The notes below the pieces were generated by a model. That model was given only the letters and a program-made list of their open reading frames with translations. It did not search any database and was not told the DNA's origin. Of a stretch of DNA of 64,000 bases, positions 11,450 to 25,922 are shown piece by piece. A program made the position numbers and the translations under genes. Each line of letters starts with the position of its first letter. Position 1 is the first letter of the stretch. The stretch covers positions 16,368,001 through 16,432,000 of the forward strand of contig CP158635.1 of assembly GCA_050273025.1 (NCBI GenBank), given 5' to 3'. The DNA is from Cenococcum geophilum (lineage: Eukaryota).

Positions 11450-14400
11450 GAAGGTCAAAAAAAGTGGAGATAAGGAGTTAACGTTACTCCTATAAACGAC
11501 GTTAACGAATATATTAGTTTTAAAATCCTTAAATATAAACACTTTAAGCTTATAAATAATAACCTATAGGAGTAATACTAGGAAGACTTTACGGACTTTA
11601 CGGAAGCTATTTTTAAGGCCTACAACCCTATTACTATCCGTAAACTATAAACCCTTTTACGTAACCAAGGTATATAGGTTAAAAGGGATAAACGAGTCAC
11701 TATTGTATAGTCTTTATATAATACAATATATAAGAAAGACCAAATAAAATAGACTAAAGAGGAAATCCTAGACTAGGTTAAAACTATTAAAGAACTCTTT
11801 ACTTCTTCTAAACTTAATGGGATCGCCGGCCTTATACCTAACCTACTTAACAAAATTCGTCCTATAAACCTAAGCAGTCTTAGAATTAATCTTACTGGCT
11901 AAAGTATACCTAGTACTTAAGTTACGGACCACAATACCCCCGCAACCCAAATTACGGACTATAATACCCCCGCAACCCAAAATACGGACTAAACCCCTTC
12001 TGTTATTTAAGTTATAGATCCGTAAGCTATATATCCGCAAGTTATAAATCTATAAGCTACCTAAGTAAAGACCTACGGCAAGGAGCTAGTAAACCTAGCT
12101 AAGCTCTATACTAACGAATCTAAGTACAGCAGTAAAAACGATAACTTTAACTTTAAACTAACTATCTTTACGGACCTCTACTAAAAGGCTAATATTCCTA
12201 AACAGGAATTTAGCCAAGCCTACTCTATTATGCTGCGCGGCCTAGCACTTAACTACTACTATACCAACCTTAAAAGTAACCCACTTGGTATTCCCTTTAA
12301 TAAGCTATATAAAGCTACCCGTAACTACTTTAAAGGACTAGAATATAAGTGTAATATCCTTACCTAATAGAATGCAACTAAGCTACGGACCGTAATTAAT
12401 AAGAATACTAAAAAATCGACTATAGAGTACCTGTAAATTCTTATTAAAGACCTCCGGCACCTATAGTACGGCCTTAACGCTAAGCTTTAAATAGACGACT
12501 TCCTGTATAATAAACTTATTACGGCCTGCTAGGAAGTAGAGCCCTATAAGTATACCTACTATAAGCCTACAGATACCTTAGCTAGCCTTATTAATAATCT
12601 ACGCTCCTCTATTATAACGTATAAAGTCTTAAACCCACTAGGTAGCACTTAAGCCTTTATTACGGATATTTAATATTTATAAACAGACTCAGACGTCTAC
12701 TTTATGGACCGCCGCTACCGCTAGCAGCACCCGTACCGACCAAGTCCTACCCATAACCCCCGTAGTAACCCCTATATAAAAATATACCCCCATAGACAAA
12801 CTAGCCAAAAGTGCTTTATATATGGTAAGGAAGGATATTAGTCTATAAGGCATACCTAGGAAGAACATAGCAAGTCTAAAAAGAGACTTAATAGCCATAT
12901 TAACTAGTTCATTTTAGAATACAAAGGAGAGGAAGCAGAAGAGCCCCCTAATAAGTTAATAGAAGCCCTTATAATTAACTTTAACTTAGACACTTAAGAA
13001 TAAGAGACCTTAGAGATATTCCTAACTACTTTTAGACCTTTTACGGACAGCTAAGCCTTTAATATTACAACCACATTAGCCAACCGTTTCTTTATACACT
13101 TAGTTACGCCCAAAAACCATTCCGTAAGCACCCCTATTATAAACGTTATAGATTATAAGCAGGACCTATTTGCATATATTACCACAGAGCGCTATACCCC
13201 TAAGGAATTCTACGGTGTTATAATCGATATAGGTACCTCTAAGAAGTCTGCTATAGGCTATAGATAATACCTCGTATATAGGACTACTATAAATAACAAT
13301 ACGGACATTAATATTATATAAACTAGGGCCATAAACGTCCAATTCGGCATCAGCTTAACCGCATTAATTAAATTAGTTAAAGTTAAGACTCTAATTAGCT
13401 TAGTTAACTTCTACGTAGTAAAAGCAGACACCCTCTTCCTACTCTGTCTTGTAGATATAGATAGGTTATAGGTATACTATAACAATGTCACGGACACCTT
13501 AATTGGCCCTATAACTACCCTAGGAAGCAAGCATATTACCTTACTAATTACATAACAATTTAGACACCCGTTCCTTATATAGGGAGAGACTTTACGGACC
13601 TATATTTAGGAATCTTTTAACTATAACCCGTGCTACCTTACTAGTACGGAAATCCACTACCTGCACTGCCGTTTTAGCTATCTATTAGCCGAAAAGCTGT
13701 ATAGAGTCCTTAAACGCTCTAGATATAATAATGTTAATAAAAAGGCAGTTAACTACCTAACTAAATACTGCTTCTTCTGCTAGAAATACGGACATTCCCT
13801 AGGCCAATTTAAGTTTACTCTTTGTAAAGACCTTAATTTTAACCACTCAGTATACATAGACATTATGTACATTAACGGCAGCCTAGTATTATATATAATT
13901 AATAAGGTAACCCGCTATTAAGCCGCCCGTTAGCTGTAAAATATATCTATAAAATATACTTAGGATATTTTACGGACCTGCTAGATTAACACATACGTTA
14001 GACCCCCTAAGTATATTACCTACAACGCTGGTAGAAACTTTATTAGTAAGGAATTCTAGCAGTATACTACGGCTATAGCTATATTAACAAAAGCTGTCCC
14101 AGTTAAGGCATATTGGTCTATTAGGCTTATTAAGCGAGCTTACCTAGCCTTATAGAGAGCTTACTAGATTATTACGGACAAATATAAGGACATCTAAAAG
14201 GAACTGGCTCTATAGATGGCTGTAAAAGCCGTTAATAACACCGCTAGCCCTAACGGATTAGTACCTACCCTCTTGGTTTACGGAGCCTACCTAAGGATAA
14301 GCAACCTAGGCCCTCCTACCCCATCTATTACGGAATAAGCAGCTGCAATACGGAAGGTAATAGCCGAGATAGTTAAGCTATGGGCTAAACAAACTGTTAA

Positions 14401-16424
14401 TAACGCCCTATACTACTGTAACAGACCTAATATAACCTTAGTATATAACCTCCCGCTTAACTCTAAAGTCCTTATATAGTGTAAAAGCGGTAGCTAGAAT
14501 AGACCCTACTATTTACTAGCCGTAGAAAACGAGACGTGCTGCGTATAGCTTCCTAGTGGGCTAACTAGCTTTAGAAGCACGTCCGTAAAACCCTACTTTT
14601 GGCCCGAAACTACCTATAACGTTAAGCCAGATAAACTAGAAGCAACCGCTAAACCAAACGAACTAGAAGCAACTGCCGAATTAAATAAACTAGAAGCACC
14701 CTTACCTACCCTAAAAGTCCCCTAGAAACCCACTAAACCTTCTAAACCTACCGTAAAGCGTAGTTAAGGACGCCCCTAAAAGCACCCTATAACTAAGAAC
14801 CCCGTAATAGAGAATTACCTAACCTCCGTAGGAATACCCATAAGGTAACCTCCGCCTGCGGATATATTAGTTCTAGTATAGGAAACCCCGTTTACGGACT
14901 TACGACGTAAAGAGATTAACGGACTACTTAAAAAGGGTATCTTTGTGGTTATAACGGAGAGAGACGTTCCGCAAGGCGTCTATATATTTAACTTACGCTT
15001 TATTAACAAAATTAAGCACCCTAGTACTAATAAAGCTTTTAAAAAATTAAGGCTTATTATATAAGCCTATAATAACTAAGGAAAGGACTTAGTCCTTATA
15101 CAATCGCCTATAATTTAACGAGTTAGTTAATAGATTATACTTACACTTACGCCTAGACTATAGTAAAGCAAACCCATAGCTCTTTACCTATAGGATATCT
15201 TATAAGCCTATATACAGTCTAATACCTACCTAAGTAGGGACATCTTTATACGGCTACCCCCCGAGCTTAACCTATAACTAGGAACAATCCTATAGGTTAT
15301 AAAACCTCTATACGGAGTACCGGAAGCTAGAAACCATTAGTTTAAGACATATTACCAGCACTATATTAGTAAACTTAAAATAGAACAGTTAACCTACAAC
15401 CCCTACCTCCTATATAGCCCATCGAACGGCCTTGGTATTATTAGACTCTAAATAGATAATATCCTATTCCTAGCAGACCAGACCTTTACGGACGCTAAAA
15501 AAACTAAACTATAAAAGGCTAAGTTCTTAGTAAAGCTGTAGGAGTAGTTAACTAAGTAGAATCCGATTAAGTTTAATAGAGGCCTAATTATATAAAAGGG
15601 CAACCTAATTAAGCTAACTTAGAAACGCCAAGCTTAAAACCTAAAGCCTATTATAGTAAAGCCTATAGACCTTACTAGCTCCTATAAAGAGACCTATAAG
15701 ACCGTAAATATAAAGGACTAATACGTTACACAGCGTACAAGAGACGCCTATATTGCCACAGTCTGCCAACCCAAATCTACCTACGATTTATCCTTTACGG
15801 CCTAGGTAGTAGATCCATAAGAAGAAAATATTAAGCAGCTTAATAAGCGCATTTAGTGGCAAATTAACAATATAGTAAGGGGACTTACTTTCGTACCACT
15901 AGACCTAAGTTCCCTTAGCTTACTAGCATTTACAGACACCTCCTTTACCAATAATAGAGACCTATTATTATAAATCGGCTTCGTAATTATACTTACGGAC
16001 TATAATTAGGACGCAAATATACTGCACTAGTCTTTAATTAAGTGTAAATAAGTAACCCGCAGTGTACTAGCTTCTAAACTATATACACTAGCTCATAGTT
16101 TTGATATAGTAGCTGCAATTAAATTAATAGTCTAAAAGATTCTATAACTAAAGCAGTTACCCCTAGTTTTATATACTAATTTAAAGTCCCTCTATAACTG
16201 CCTAGTTAAACCTAGGTACGACATAAGAGAAGAGGCTTATAGTCGACCTAATATGCTTATATTAGGCCTACGAACGACGTAAAATTGCGGAGGTTAAATA
16301 GATTAGCGGCGGAAACAACCTAGTAGACGCTATAACTAAGGCAAAGCCGTATTAAGCCCTTAAAACCCTAATTAACACAAATAAGCTTAATCTAAAAGTT
16401 ATAAAATAGGTAGAACGAGACTAA
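11450..16424 (+). pseudogene. Copia gag-pol relic; start approximate
   Basis: IDIGTSK protease (about 13222), LHCRFSY and YCFFC*KY integrase zinc finger (about 13660-13790), L*IDNIL RT (about 15447), FTDTSFTNN and NLVDAITK RNase H (about 15930 and about 16316). Confidence 0.9.
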
Positions 16425-16939
16425 CGGAGCACCTATGGTACGTCTACGGCTTATTAGAAGGCCGTACGGTTTACTATACGGTCCATCCTACGGACCGTAA
16501 GCCATTAAATAATTAGCATAGGCAGATTGCCCCAAATTGCCGCAAAATTACCTATGTTACGGTATAGGTGGAAAATAGTAGAAAAGCTGCAGTAGAACTT
16601 AGTGGACTTATATAACCTGCCGAATTCTATAGGGTGGTTAAATTAACCAATTACGATTTTCCATACCAGGCACGAAAAATCGCCATTAGCTCGCTTAGCA
16701 CTGGCGCCTTAGCGGCCCTTAAGATCTAACTTATGGCTTATCTACTACCCGTTAAAAGGCCGTACGGTTTATTTTACGGACTATAAGCAGAACTTACGGC
16801 TAGCTTAGGGCACCGTTTAGAAGGCAGCCTAGACAGCACCTTAGGGAGATTTCCTATGTATTTTCCTTTGTATTTTATAGTTTTATTAAAGCAATTACGG
16901 AGGCTATACACAGGTGATTTTATTTTTAAGTACCGCTAG

Positions 16940-17210
16940 TGTATAATTACAGCACCTGTTATACCAACCGCGTGCTTACGCGGTCGGTACACCAGGTACG
17001 CGTTTACGCGTTTAGTGCACTAACCACTCGCTTACGCGCCTAGTGCACTTATAAAGCACTAACTAATTAGGGGGGAGGTGCATTAGTATATAGACCACGT
17101 AGTCTGCTTTATATAATTAATAGTCACCATTATCCAAAAGAGCATACGATACTATATATATTTCGTGCCCCTAGATCTAACTCACTCGTGCTATTAAATT
17201 GGTACGAACA
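16940..17210 (+). repeat. Copia 3' LTR
   Basis: TGTATAATTAC...GGTACGAACA. Confidence 0.95.
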
Positions 17211-17517
17211 ATACTTATATTAATTAGGGGTATTTTCCTTTAAAATAAAGTAACTAGTAAAGGGCAAATATTATCTTTATAATAAATACCTATTTATAAT
17301 TATTAAACAACTTTATAGAAAACTTCTTTTAAAAGATGTGTCTTGTTGTAATTAAATTTATATATATGCTTAATATAACTCTAAATGTGTCTATATTTTA
17401 GGTATTTTTTACCTATATATTAACCTTTTTTTACACCCTTTTATAAAGGCTATAAAACTTTTAAATTTACTTTAGTTATACCCTATTAATTTATATACCT
17501 TCTATTAATTAGGTATA

Positions 17518-20500
17518 GACCTCGAATTATATTATTAGAACACCCCGCCGCTACAGCAGCAGAATACGCCCACCAATCACCTAATAGAGAAATAACCACC
17601 TCCAATCAAATCTACGGCATTTTATGCCCTAGAACCAATACATGCAGCACAGCCGGAAAGCCTACGCGACACAGGAGGGTCGCAGCAGACTCGAAGGGTG
17701 GGCGCTGTATAGAAAATCGCAACACTATAACAAACCCAACAGGGGGCGACTTAACCATAACAACCAAAGGACAACGACCAGAATTGGCAGAAACTCGTGG
17801 ACCTCCTAAAGAATATTAAGGACGATCTAGGGAAGGGAGAGAACGAACGCCTACGCGTAGGGGTAGCGCGTATGGCATAATAAGCAGGCCTTATCGCATA
17901 AGAGCTCTGGACAAAGCACAACAGAAACTAAAACGCGGTAGAGGATAGGCTTAGGCGTATTAAGGATGCTATAAAATTATGGAGAATACTAACAGCACAA
18001 GCAGTAAAGCTAATATGGGCTAATATCGCCGCAAGCGCCCAACCGGCGACTCCCTAGCGTATACCTAGCGTAGCACTAGTCAGAGCTACGGTTAGGGTCC
18101 AAACACTAAAGGCATTAGGGGCGGACCTAGAACAGATTCTTATATCGATTAAAACACATATACTAAAGGTAGTGGCAGTAAGGGTCCTACGCAGCGGCGA
18201 TGTAGAGGTTACGCTCCTTAACCAGCAGGTAAAGGACCAGACTATTACCTAGGGAGATACCCCCGAGTGTAAGATCCTCCGCTAGGACTACCCAGTTGAA
18301 GTAATGGGAGTACTACTTAGTACATAAGTAGAAAGCGGACAAGGCGCTATAAATGCATAGCTTATCTAGAGGATTACAGAGGCTACCAAAAAACTAGCCC
18401 CCGGAATTACTATAACTAGAGTCGTATGGCTTTATAAAGAACGCATAACGCATATAGGAGAATCACCAGGGTTCTAAAAGGTCAAAATACGCGGCACCCT
18501 AATAATTAACCTACTAACCCAAGAGATGCAGGCAACAGTAGCCCGTAAAGGAGTAGTTATAAACAGCCTTTAGTACGAAGCCCAGCTATACCACTACGGA
18601 GTCCAAGTCTAATAATACTTTAGATGCCAATAATGGGGATATACCTAGAACGTATACGGGAAGTAAGTAAGGTGCGGAGAGTGCGCCGATAACCACAACA
18701 CTAGGGACTACCCTAAGGATAAGGGAGTTAGATGCGTAAATTGCGGAAAAGAATATAGAGCAAGGTAGAAGGCGGAATGTAGAACCTACTAGGTGTACCT
18801 AGAAGCCACTAGGATAAGATAAGCCTAACTATACTAGATTACAGCCACGCTCCGGGGAAACGCATATAAGGAGAAGGAGACAAGTAGGGCAAACGACGGT
18901 GGCTAGATAATCGAACAGCGGAAGAGAACTAGGATACCTACCCTAATAGGAGCAGCCTCTGCCTAACTAGCAGCAAAATGAGCCGTAGGACGCCCGCAAG
19001 GCAGCACTAACGCCGCCAGAGACCCATCCTAACAAAGAATCCTAATTGTAGCGGCCCTGAGTAAAACGCCCTAGACACAAATAAAAGACGCCTATAAGTC
19101 ACTAGACGAACTATAAAAGGATTAACAACAATATAATATAACTGTAGATACTCAAACTACAAAGCAATATGCCCTCTATTCGACAGCCTAGACCTAGAAG
19201 AACACCAAATAATAGCCTTATAGGAGCTAGCGTATAACAAATAAACCCGTAAAACGTACTAACCAAAAGGATACTACCTTCTATACGAACCAAACCCGTC
19301 TACCCGCGTATGCTTCCTAATTAGCTAACGCATTAATACATAGGCCTAAAGCTATTACACTATTAGCCCTAATATAGCTAAACTATAAATAGCTATAAAT
19401 AGGGGCCAAATTAGTATAATTAATGTCTACAACCTAAGCGACAACAGGCCCTAGATAACTACGTGGGGGCTACTCTAATAAACAATTAACACAGTAGAAG
19501 GCGAGATAATAGTCCTAGGGGACTTTAATATACACTATATAGCATAGGGAGGACAGTAGGCCATAGTAGAAGCACAGGCGACTTACCTACTTAACGAACT
19601 AGAAACGCGAGGCCTTGCCCTAACTACCCTAATAGGCGAACCTACCTGGAAAAGAGGAACCTAAGAGAGTATAATCGACCTTATATTTATGCATGAAGCA
19701 CTAGTAGACCGGCTAGCTTTCTGCGGGCTAAAGAATATATGGGCAATAACTGCAGACCACATACCTATATAGATAACCCTCGACGTCGACGCACCAGCGT
19801 AACGAACCCGCCAGAGATACGCCATCCAGAAACTCGATTAGGAAAAATATACCTAGGAAATTACTAACAGGCTAGCAACAATACCTTAGGCAACGCTAGA
19901 GGATATCTAGAAGACTATAAGTAACTGCCTAGACAAGCACTGCTTAATAGCCTAGCCTAGTAAACACGCTTGGCGCGAATAGTCACCGGAGGCAGTGCAG
20001 ATACTCGTAGGCTTAAGGAGGGCGAGGCGACAGTACAGTAAGACGGGCGAGGTCCACCACTAACAGAGTTACAAAGCCCTAAAGAATAGGCTTAAGAAGA
20101 TAATACGGAAGGAGAGTAGAAACAGCTGGCGCCGGTTCCTTAAGGAAATTACTTTAGACCCCACTAAGCCATATAACTAGGGACTCTGGCGAATGTTAAA
20201 GTAGAGTAGGTAAGCCGCAGGGGAAACGCTAGGGGACCCTTACCTACCCGCACTATGTTGGACAGTATACGACTAGTACATAAATAATAACGGGGAAAAA
20301 ATAAGAATACTAGCAGAGAGGTTCTTCCTAGGCGTAGGCTAAGTAGACTTACAGGACACCAGCAACCAAGACTACCCCCTACCCCTAGAGATTAGCCAGA
20401 TAGTCTTAATAAAGGACATAAAAGAAGCTATTCGGAAGCTCCTTATAGGTAAAGCGGCAGGACTAGACAGGATCCTAAACGAGGCAATTAAGGCCGCGTC

Positions 20501-22732
20501 AGAAGCCTTAGTAATACCACTAGCGAACGCTGCAACCACCTGCCTATACGAAGGCAATCTACTAGACTGCTGTAAAGTAACAACTACAGTCGTCTTAAGA
20601 AAGCCAAATAAAAAGGACTACTCTCTCCTAGGAAGCTACTAACCAATCGCCCTTAAAAATATGCTAGGAAAGCTTCTAAAAAAGATAGTTATAGAGCGCA
20701 TACAAGACGCCGCAGAGGAGCAAGGACTATTACTATGGATATAAATGGGCGCAAGAAAGAAGCGATTAACCCTCTTAGCCCTCTCCCTAATTACCTCCAG
20801 CGTCTAGGCGGCGTGGTAAGCCCGCCTAGGATGCGTAGTATCTATACTTAGCTTAGACCTAAGTGGAGCCTTTAATAACGTATCATATAAGAGACTCCTA
20901 TAGATCCTAAAAAAGAAGGGTCTACCAGAATAAATAGTTAAGTTTATATAAGCATTTCTAACAGGGCGCACCACTAAGATAGTGTTTAAGGGCTATAAAA
21001 GCGAATTAATACTAATACCTATAGGCATCCCATAGGGGTCGCCCCTGTCGCCAATCCTATTCTTATTCTTTATATCTAAGCTACTAGAGACATTTAAGAG
21101 CAACCAGGAAACAGTAGCCTTAGGATTTGTAGACAATACAAACCTAATTACGTGGGGAAATATAGCAGTAGAAAACTGCACCAGACTAAACTAGGCGCAT
21201 AACAGGTGCGTCACATAGGCAAAACGGTATAGCGCTAAATTTACACCAGATAAATACCAGCTTATCTATTTTACAAGGAAAAGGAGGGCAAATAATAACC
21301 TAGCGTTAATAGTAAGTATCTAGGGCTGCGAAGTAAAACCAGAAGCCACCCTTAAGGTCCTAGGGGTATAGGTAGACGCTAGACTAAACTAGAATGCGTA
21401 TATTATATAGGCGACTTATAGGGGAGCAGCAGCATTCGCAGCGATATTACGTATCGCAGCCTCGACCTGGGGACCCTCATTCAGACGCACACGACTACTA
21501 TACACAGCTATAGTAAGGCCAACAATGCTATACGGCGCCTAGATCTGGGGCGTAGACCTAAAAGGCAAGCCACTAGCAAAAAGCTCCCTAGAGCTACTAG
21601 TTAAACTATAAAACTAATACCTACATAGAATTACAGGGGCCTATAAGAGGACACCACGTACCGCACTAAAACGCGAAGTAGTAGTACCTCTACTAGATAT
21701 ATACACAGACATAATTGCTATATAGAGAGCAGCTATAGTACAAGACCACCCAGTAGAGAAGGATATATGCTAAACACTCAATCGTATATAAGGAGTAAGG
21801 GCCCCCTAAAGGGGCAACACGCCCAAGCTTACAAGCTAGGAAGCCCTCCGCCTACGTACGGTAGAGAAAGAATAAGAAATACGGGAGCTACTATAACACC
21901 AAGCGGAGACCCAGCGCCACGCCGGCGGAACGCTACCACGGCAGTAGAGGATAGGAGGCCACCAGCATAAGTGGAGATCCACTATATGCATCGCAAGATG
22001 GGCAGATATTAAGTAGAACCAACAATAGAAGAAGGCAGCAAAAACACAGAGGGCAGCCACATGGATTACCCTATGGACGATATCAACCCTCCCCCTATAT
22101 AAAGGACAGACGAAGGTAGAATCTACGGCCGCCTTCCTACTAAGGATAAAGGTCCTAGGGCTAAATGCATGGCTAGCAAGCATCTATGTCCCAAATATTA
22201 CGCCACACTGTACGTGCGGATGGCCTACACAGTTAGTACGCCATATACTACTATTCTACAACTAACGCACTACAAGAGACCAGTTGTTCGCTAGAGCAGG
22301 CATAAATAATATTACCTAAATGCTCTCTACAAGCAGGGGTCTACACAAAGCAGCACAATAGCTTATAAGCTAAGGAGTCCTTTAGCAGTTCCAGACAGCA
22401 AATAAGATCCAGCAGGAGGACACTAAAGGATACGCCCCCTTCCAGTCCCTTAGAGACTAGACACCCCCTACCTAGTCAAAGGTGGCACGCCGGCGAATCA
22501 CCAAACCCTCCCACTACCCCCCTAGATCTTCCAAGACACCTTAGAAGCATGGTACATAAGGTAGACATTATATAAAGGTACACAGGCTAGGCGAAGGCGG
22601 AGCGCGTAAGACTAGCTAAAAGGATATACCTAGGTTTTCCCCCCTAGGGGGGTTTTTCCTATATATAGAAGGTAGAAGCCTGCATAGACCTAAAAAGGGA
22701 CCGAATCGGGCGATAAATAGAATTAATAATAA
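17518..22732 (+). mobile_element. Tad1-like LINE family B, full length, RIP-inactivated
   Basis: 15-bp TSD TATTAATTAGGTATA (17503-17517 / 22733-22747) and (AAT)n tail. ORF1 knuckles CGECADNH and CVNCGKE (about 18670-18750). ORF2 LGDFN (about 19515), GSPLSPILF (about 21035), GFVDNT (about 21123) and a C-terminal CTCG..H. Confidence 0.93.
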
Positions 22733-24520
22733 TATTAATTAGGTATATATAATTTTTATATAAAGATTTTATTTAGAGTAGCTAATTACCTATATTCTAC
22801 TAAGGGGCTTAATGTTCCTACCTTAACCAGAGACTTAAGCTATTATTTTTTCATAATTACGTATATAATAGGGAATTTTTTTATAAATCCTATTTAAGTA
22901 CCTAATTGGTAAGGAAGGCCTACTATATAGGAGTTAATTGCTATTTAAATTGGTGTACAAATTGCTCCAATAGTCTGCTATTTAATTATCGCTTAAAATT
23001 TCCAAAGGGACACTATATGCAAGCACTGCTTTCGTATAAACTTAAAAACATCAGATTTAGAATCTATAATAGTTATTTATAAGTTCTACTTATTTTGGTC
23101 TATATTAATTAATTTATTGTGGAGAAAATAGGTTAACAAGTCGGGGGTTTAATTTTAGTTAGGTGGCTAAGTTTAGGGGCTAACCGAGTTCTAGGGGTCC
23201 GAGCTTAATAAAATTTTAAGTATTTCTTAAAAAAGTCTATAAATAATTCACTATAAGAGCATTTATTAAATAATAAAATACTATATATAATATATATTTA
23301 CTTCTAAAATGCTAAATATATTATTTTATACTATTTATATATATTATTAAGTTTAATAAATAAGAGCATTTTTAATGTTTTACTTTTTAACATATAAAAG
23401 TATTTATATCCTATATATATTTGTAATTTATAATATAATATTTTATACATAAAAATTGATTACATTTAAGTTTTAGTAATTAATAGTTATAAAATCTTCT
23501 ACTATATAAGTATAAAATCTTTAAAACAACCTTCTTAAAAAATGACTATTAATTTACCTATAACAAGTACATATTAAATAGTTTTAAGCATATATATACT
23601 ATTATATAAGTATATATAAGTATTAGAGGTTATAAAACTTATATATTTTAAAAATTCTAAGTAGTTATTCTATTTTTTTTTATAATTGCCTAAAATATAT
23701 ATTATATATTAATATTTTTTATTAAAAAAAGAAATAAAAAGCTTCTTATATATTATATCTATAACGTATTAAATTTTTAGCCTAATAGCTTATAGGGTTG
23801 TTATATTATAGATGGGTAGTAGGGTAGAAAAATCGTGCGTTAGGTGAGACCGTACGTTAGCTGAGGAAATCTAGTATTGGCTATATTTGCAGATCCTCTT
23901 AGCGCCCCTAAAAAAAATTAACTTCAATATTATATAGATAGATTATTAAAATATTATAGCTTCTAAAACAGACTTATCACTTTTTATACCTATATTGAAC
24001 TCCCTTAATACAAAGTCATTAGATTACTAGTAAAAGAAGACTTCTAATCTCCCCCCTTTTACAATCGGCTCCTAATTGCTATTACCTTATAGTAGAGGAA
24101 GATTATAGACCTAGAAGGGCTTTATATAAGTATTAGTATACCGCTCTATATAATTAAGCTATCTAAGCCCTATTTTAAACTCCTAAAAAAACCTCTTATA
24201 AAGAAAAAAATTGCTAAAGAAAAGATATAAGGATTTCTAGGGGATTTATTAAAAGCCTACTAGAAATATACCGGTAACTCTTTAAGTTAACCTAAAGATT
24301 TTTATATAACTCTATATCTAAACCTTTATACTAGCCTATAATTAACTATAAGTATTATAGGTAATCTAGTATTCTTAGTATAGTTCTATAAAACCTTTAG
24401 TATAAGATTTAGCGTATAGAGCCTCGGCTTACTACCGTCTTTTAACTATTAAGATATTAATCTATAATTTCTTCTTATAGGTCTCTATATTGCTAATATA
24501 TTACTTCTATATTTGCCCTT

Positions 24521-24909
24521 TATTACGGAGTAAGTATAAGCGACGATAATATATAATAAGTAGATATTATTAAGCTGCGTATATAAACTGTATAATAAAG
24601 TTAAGACGTTACATAAGAAAAGAAGGTAGAAAAACGGGAAAAAAGGGTATATATTATAATCTTAGTTACTTAATTAATACATACATAAAGCAGAATAGGA
24701 TTTAGGTGGTAGTCCTAATAGAACTTAGTAGGATTTAGTGGAACTTAGTAGAACTTAGTAGAACTTGGTGGAATATAGCAGAATACGGTAGGTTGCTATT
24801 AGATTACCGCAGATTACTATTAAATTACTATCTTATAGTTAGTCTTTAGTTACTAAGTTAGTAAAAACAGGTAGACGTATATAAGGTATTATAGGGGTGT
24901 CCCATAATA
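24521..24909 (-). repeat. G1 3' LTR
   Basis: Direct repeat of 35998-36366, with two extra GAACTTAGTA units. Confidence 0.92.
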
Positions 24910-25922
24910 GTACCCCCCCTTTAAACTCGAGCTTCTGCGAGATAGGGCTATAGTAGTTTTAGGTGAAGTTTATAAAAGTCTTTTACGGCTTATATAAGTC
25001 CTATAGAGTTAACGGGTTCCTATAAGGGCTTAGTAAAATCTCTCTATTTTATAAGATATATATATTAGCGTTTCTATTTATTATACTTAATATTACTAAT
25101 TCTTTTAATAAAGTACTTATTCTTACTATCTACTTTAACTAGTAAGGGAGGGTCTTATATCTATTTAGGTAGGGCGTTTAATATAGGAGTAGTAGGGCGG
25201 AGGACTAACGTATAGAATACGGGGTAGATTTTAACCGTATTAGGGAGCTTTAGTTAGTAGGCGTAGGAGGAGATAACCTTCTCGACCTTATAAAGGCCAG
25301 CGTTTTTCCAATTAAGCTTTTTAGTAGGTTGTTTTATGTTTAGATTTCTTATATCTAGCCAGACAAAGTTACTAATTTAGTAAGTTAGTACTAGGGTTTG
25401 TTTTTTATTTGCTACGGCTTTATAGACAGATTAAGTCTATATTATTTCGTTAGTAAGAAACTGTTATAGTTCCTCTATCTTCTCTATAAATTTATTTGCT
25501 TTTATTACTTATAAGGCGTAATAAGTAGGGTAAGGAACATTATTAAAGGGTTTAAACCCTATTTATAGATATTAACCGTAGTTATCTAGGAATAGGGAGA
25601 CCTTTATAGTTTCCGAGACGGAATTATTTATAGTAAACTTAGTAAATATAAGCTAGTTAATCCAGTTATCCTATAAGTACGATATATATATTTAAATATA
25701 CTATTCTATTATAGTATTTATACGTTCTATTTAGCCGTCCGTTTCTAAGTAGTATATAGTAAATAGCAGTGCTTTAATATAGAGTTAGGTAGTTAGTTTT
25801 TTCTAAAATATAGAGATAAACTGGCTGCCTTTATTAGAGATAATCGTTTTAGGAAGTTCGTAGAGTTTCTATATATAGTTTAGGAATAATTAAACGATAG
25901 TAGGTATTAATATATTAAGGTA

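Larger units (their letters stand above)
10805..17210 (+). mobile_element. Ty1/Copia LTR retrotransposon, copy 1, full length
   Basis: 271-bp LTRs (TG...CA), 5-bp TSD ATACT (10800-10804 / 17211-17215), domain order PR-IN-RT-RH. Confidence 0.95.
9804..23205 (-). mobile_element. pogo/Fot1-type DNA transposon (about 1.8 kb native) split by Copia and LINE insertions
   Basis: TIRs of about 45 bp, AGCTCGGACCCCTAGAACT(T/C)GGTTA, with TA on both sides (9802-9803, 23206-23207). Minus-strand HTH-like relic at about 22850-23100 and a QPLD-like DDE relic at about 10550-10610. Native segments are 9804-10804, 17216-17517 and 22748-23205. Confidence 0.85.

Noticed and set aside
3801..22732. Alternative genetic code (TAA/TAG read-through) to explain long frames full of stops
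   Set aside because: Stops differ between copies and come with genome-wide C>T/G>A changes, including in catalytic motifs (DD to ND/DN), which is what RIP produces.
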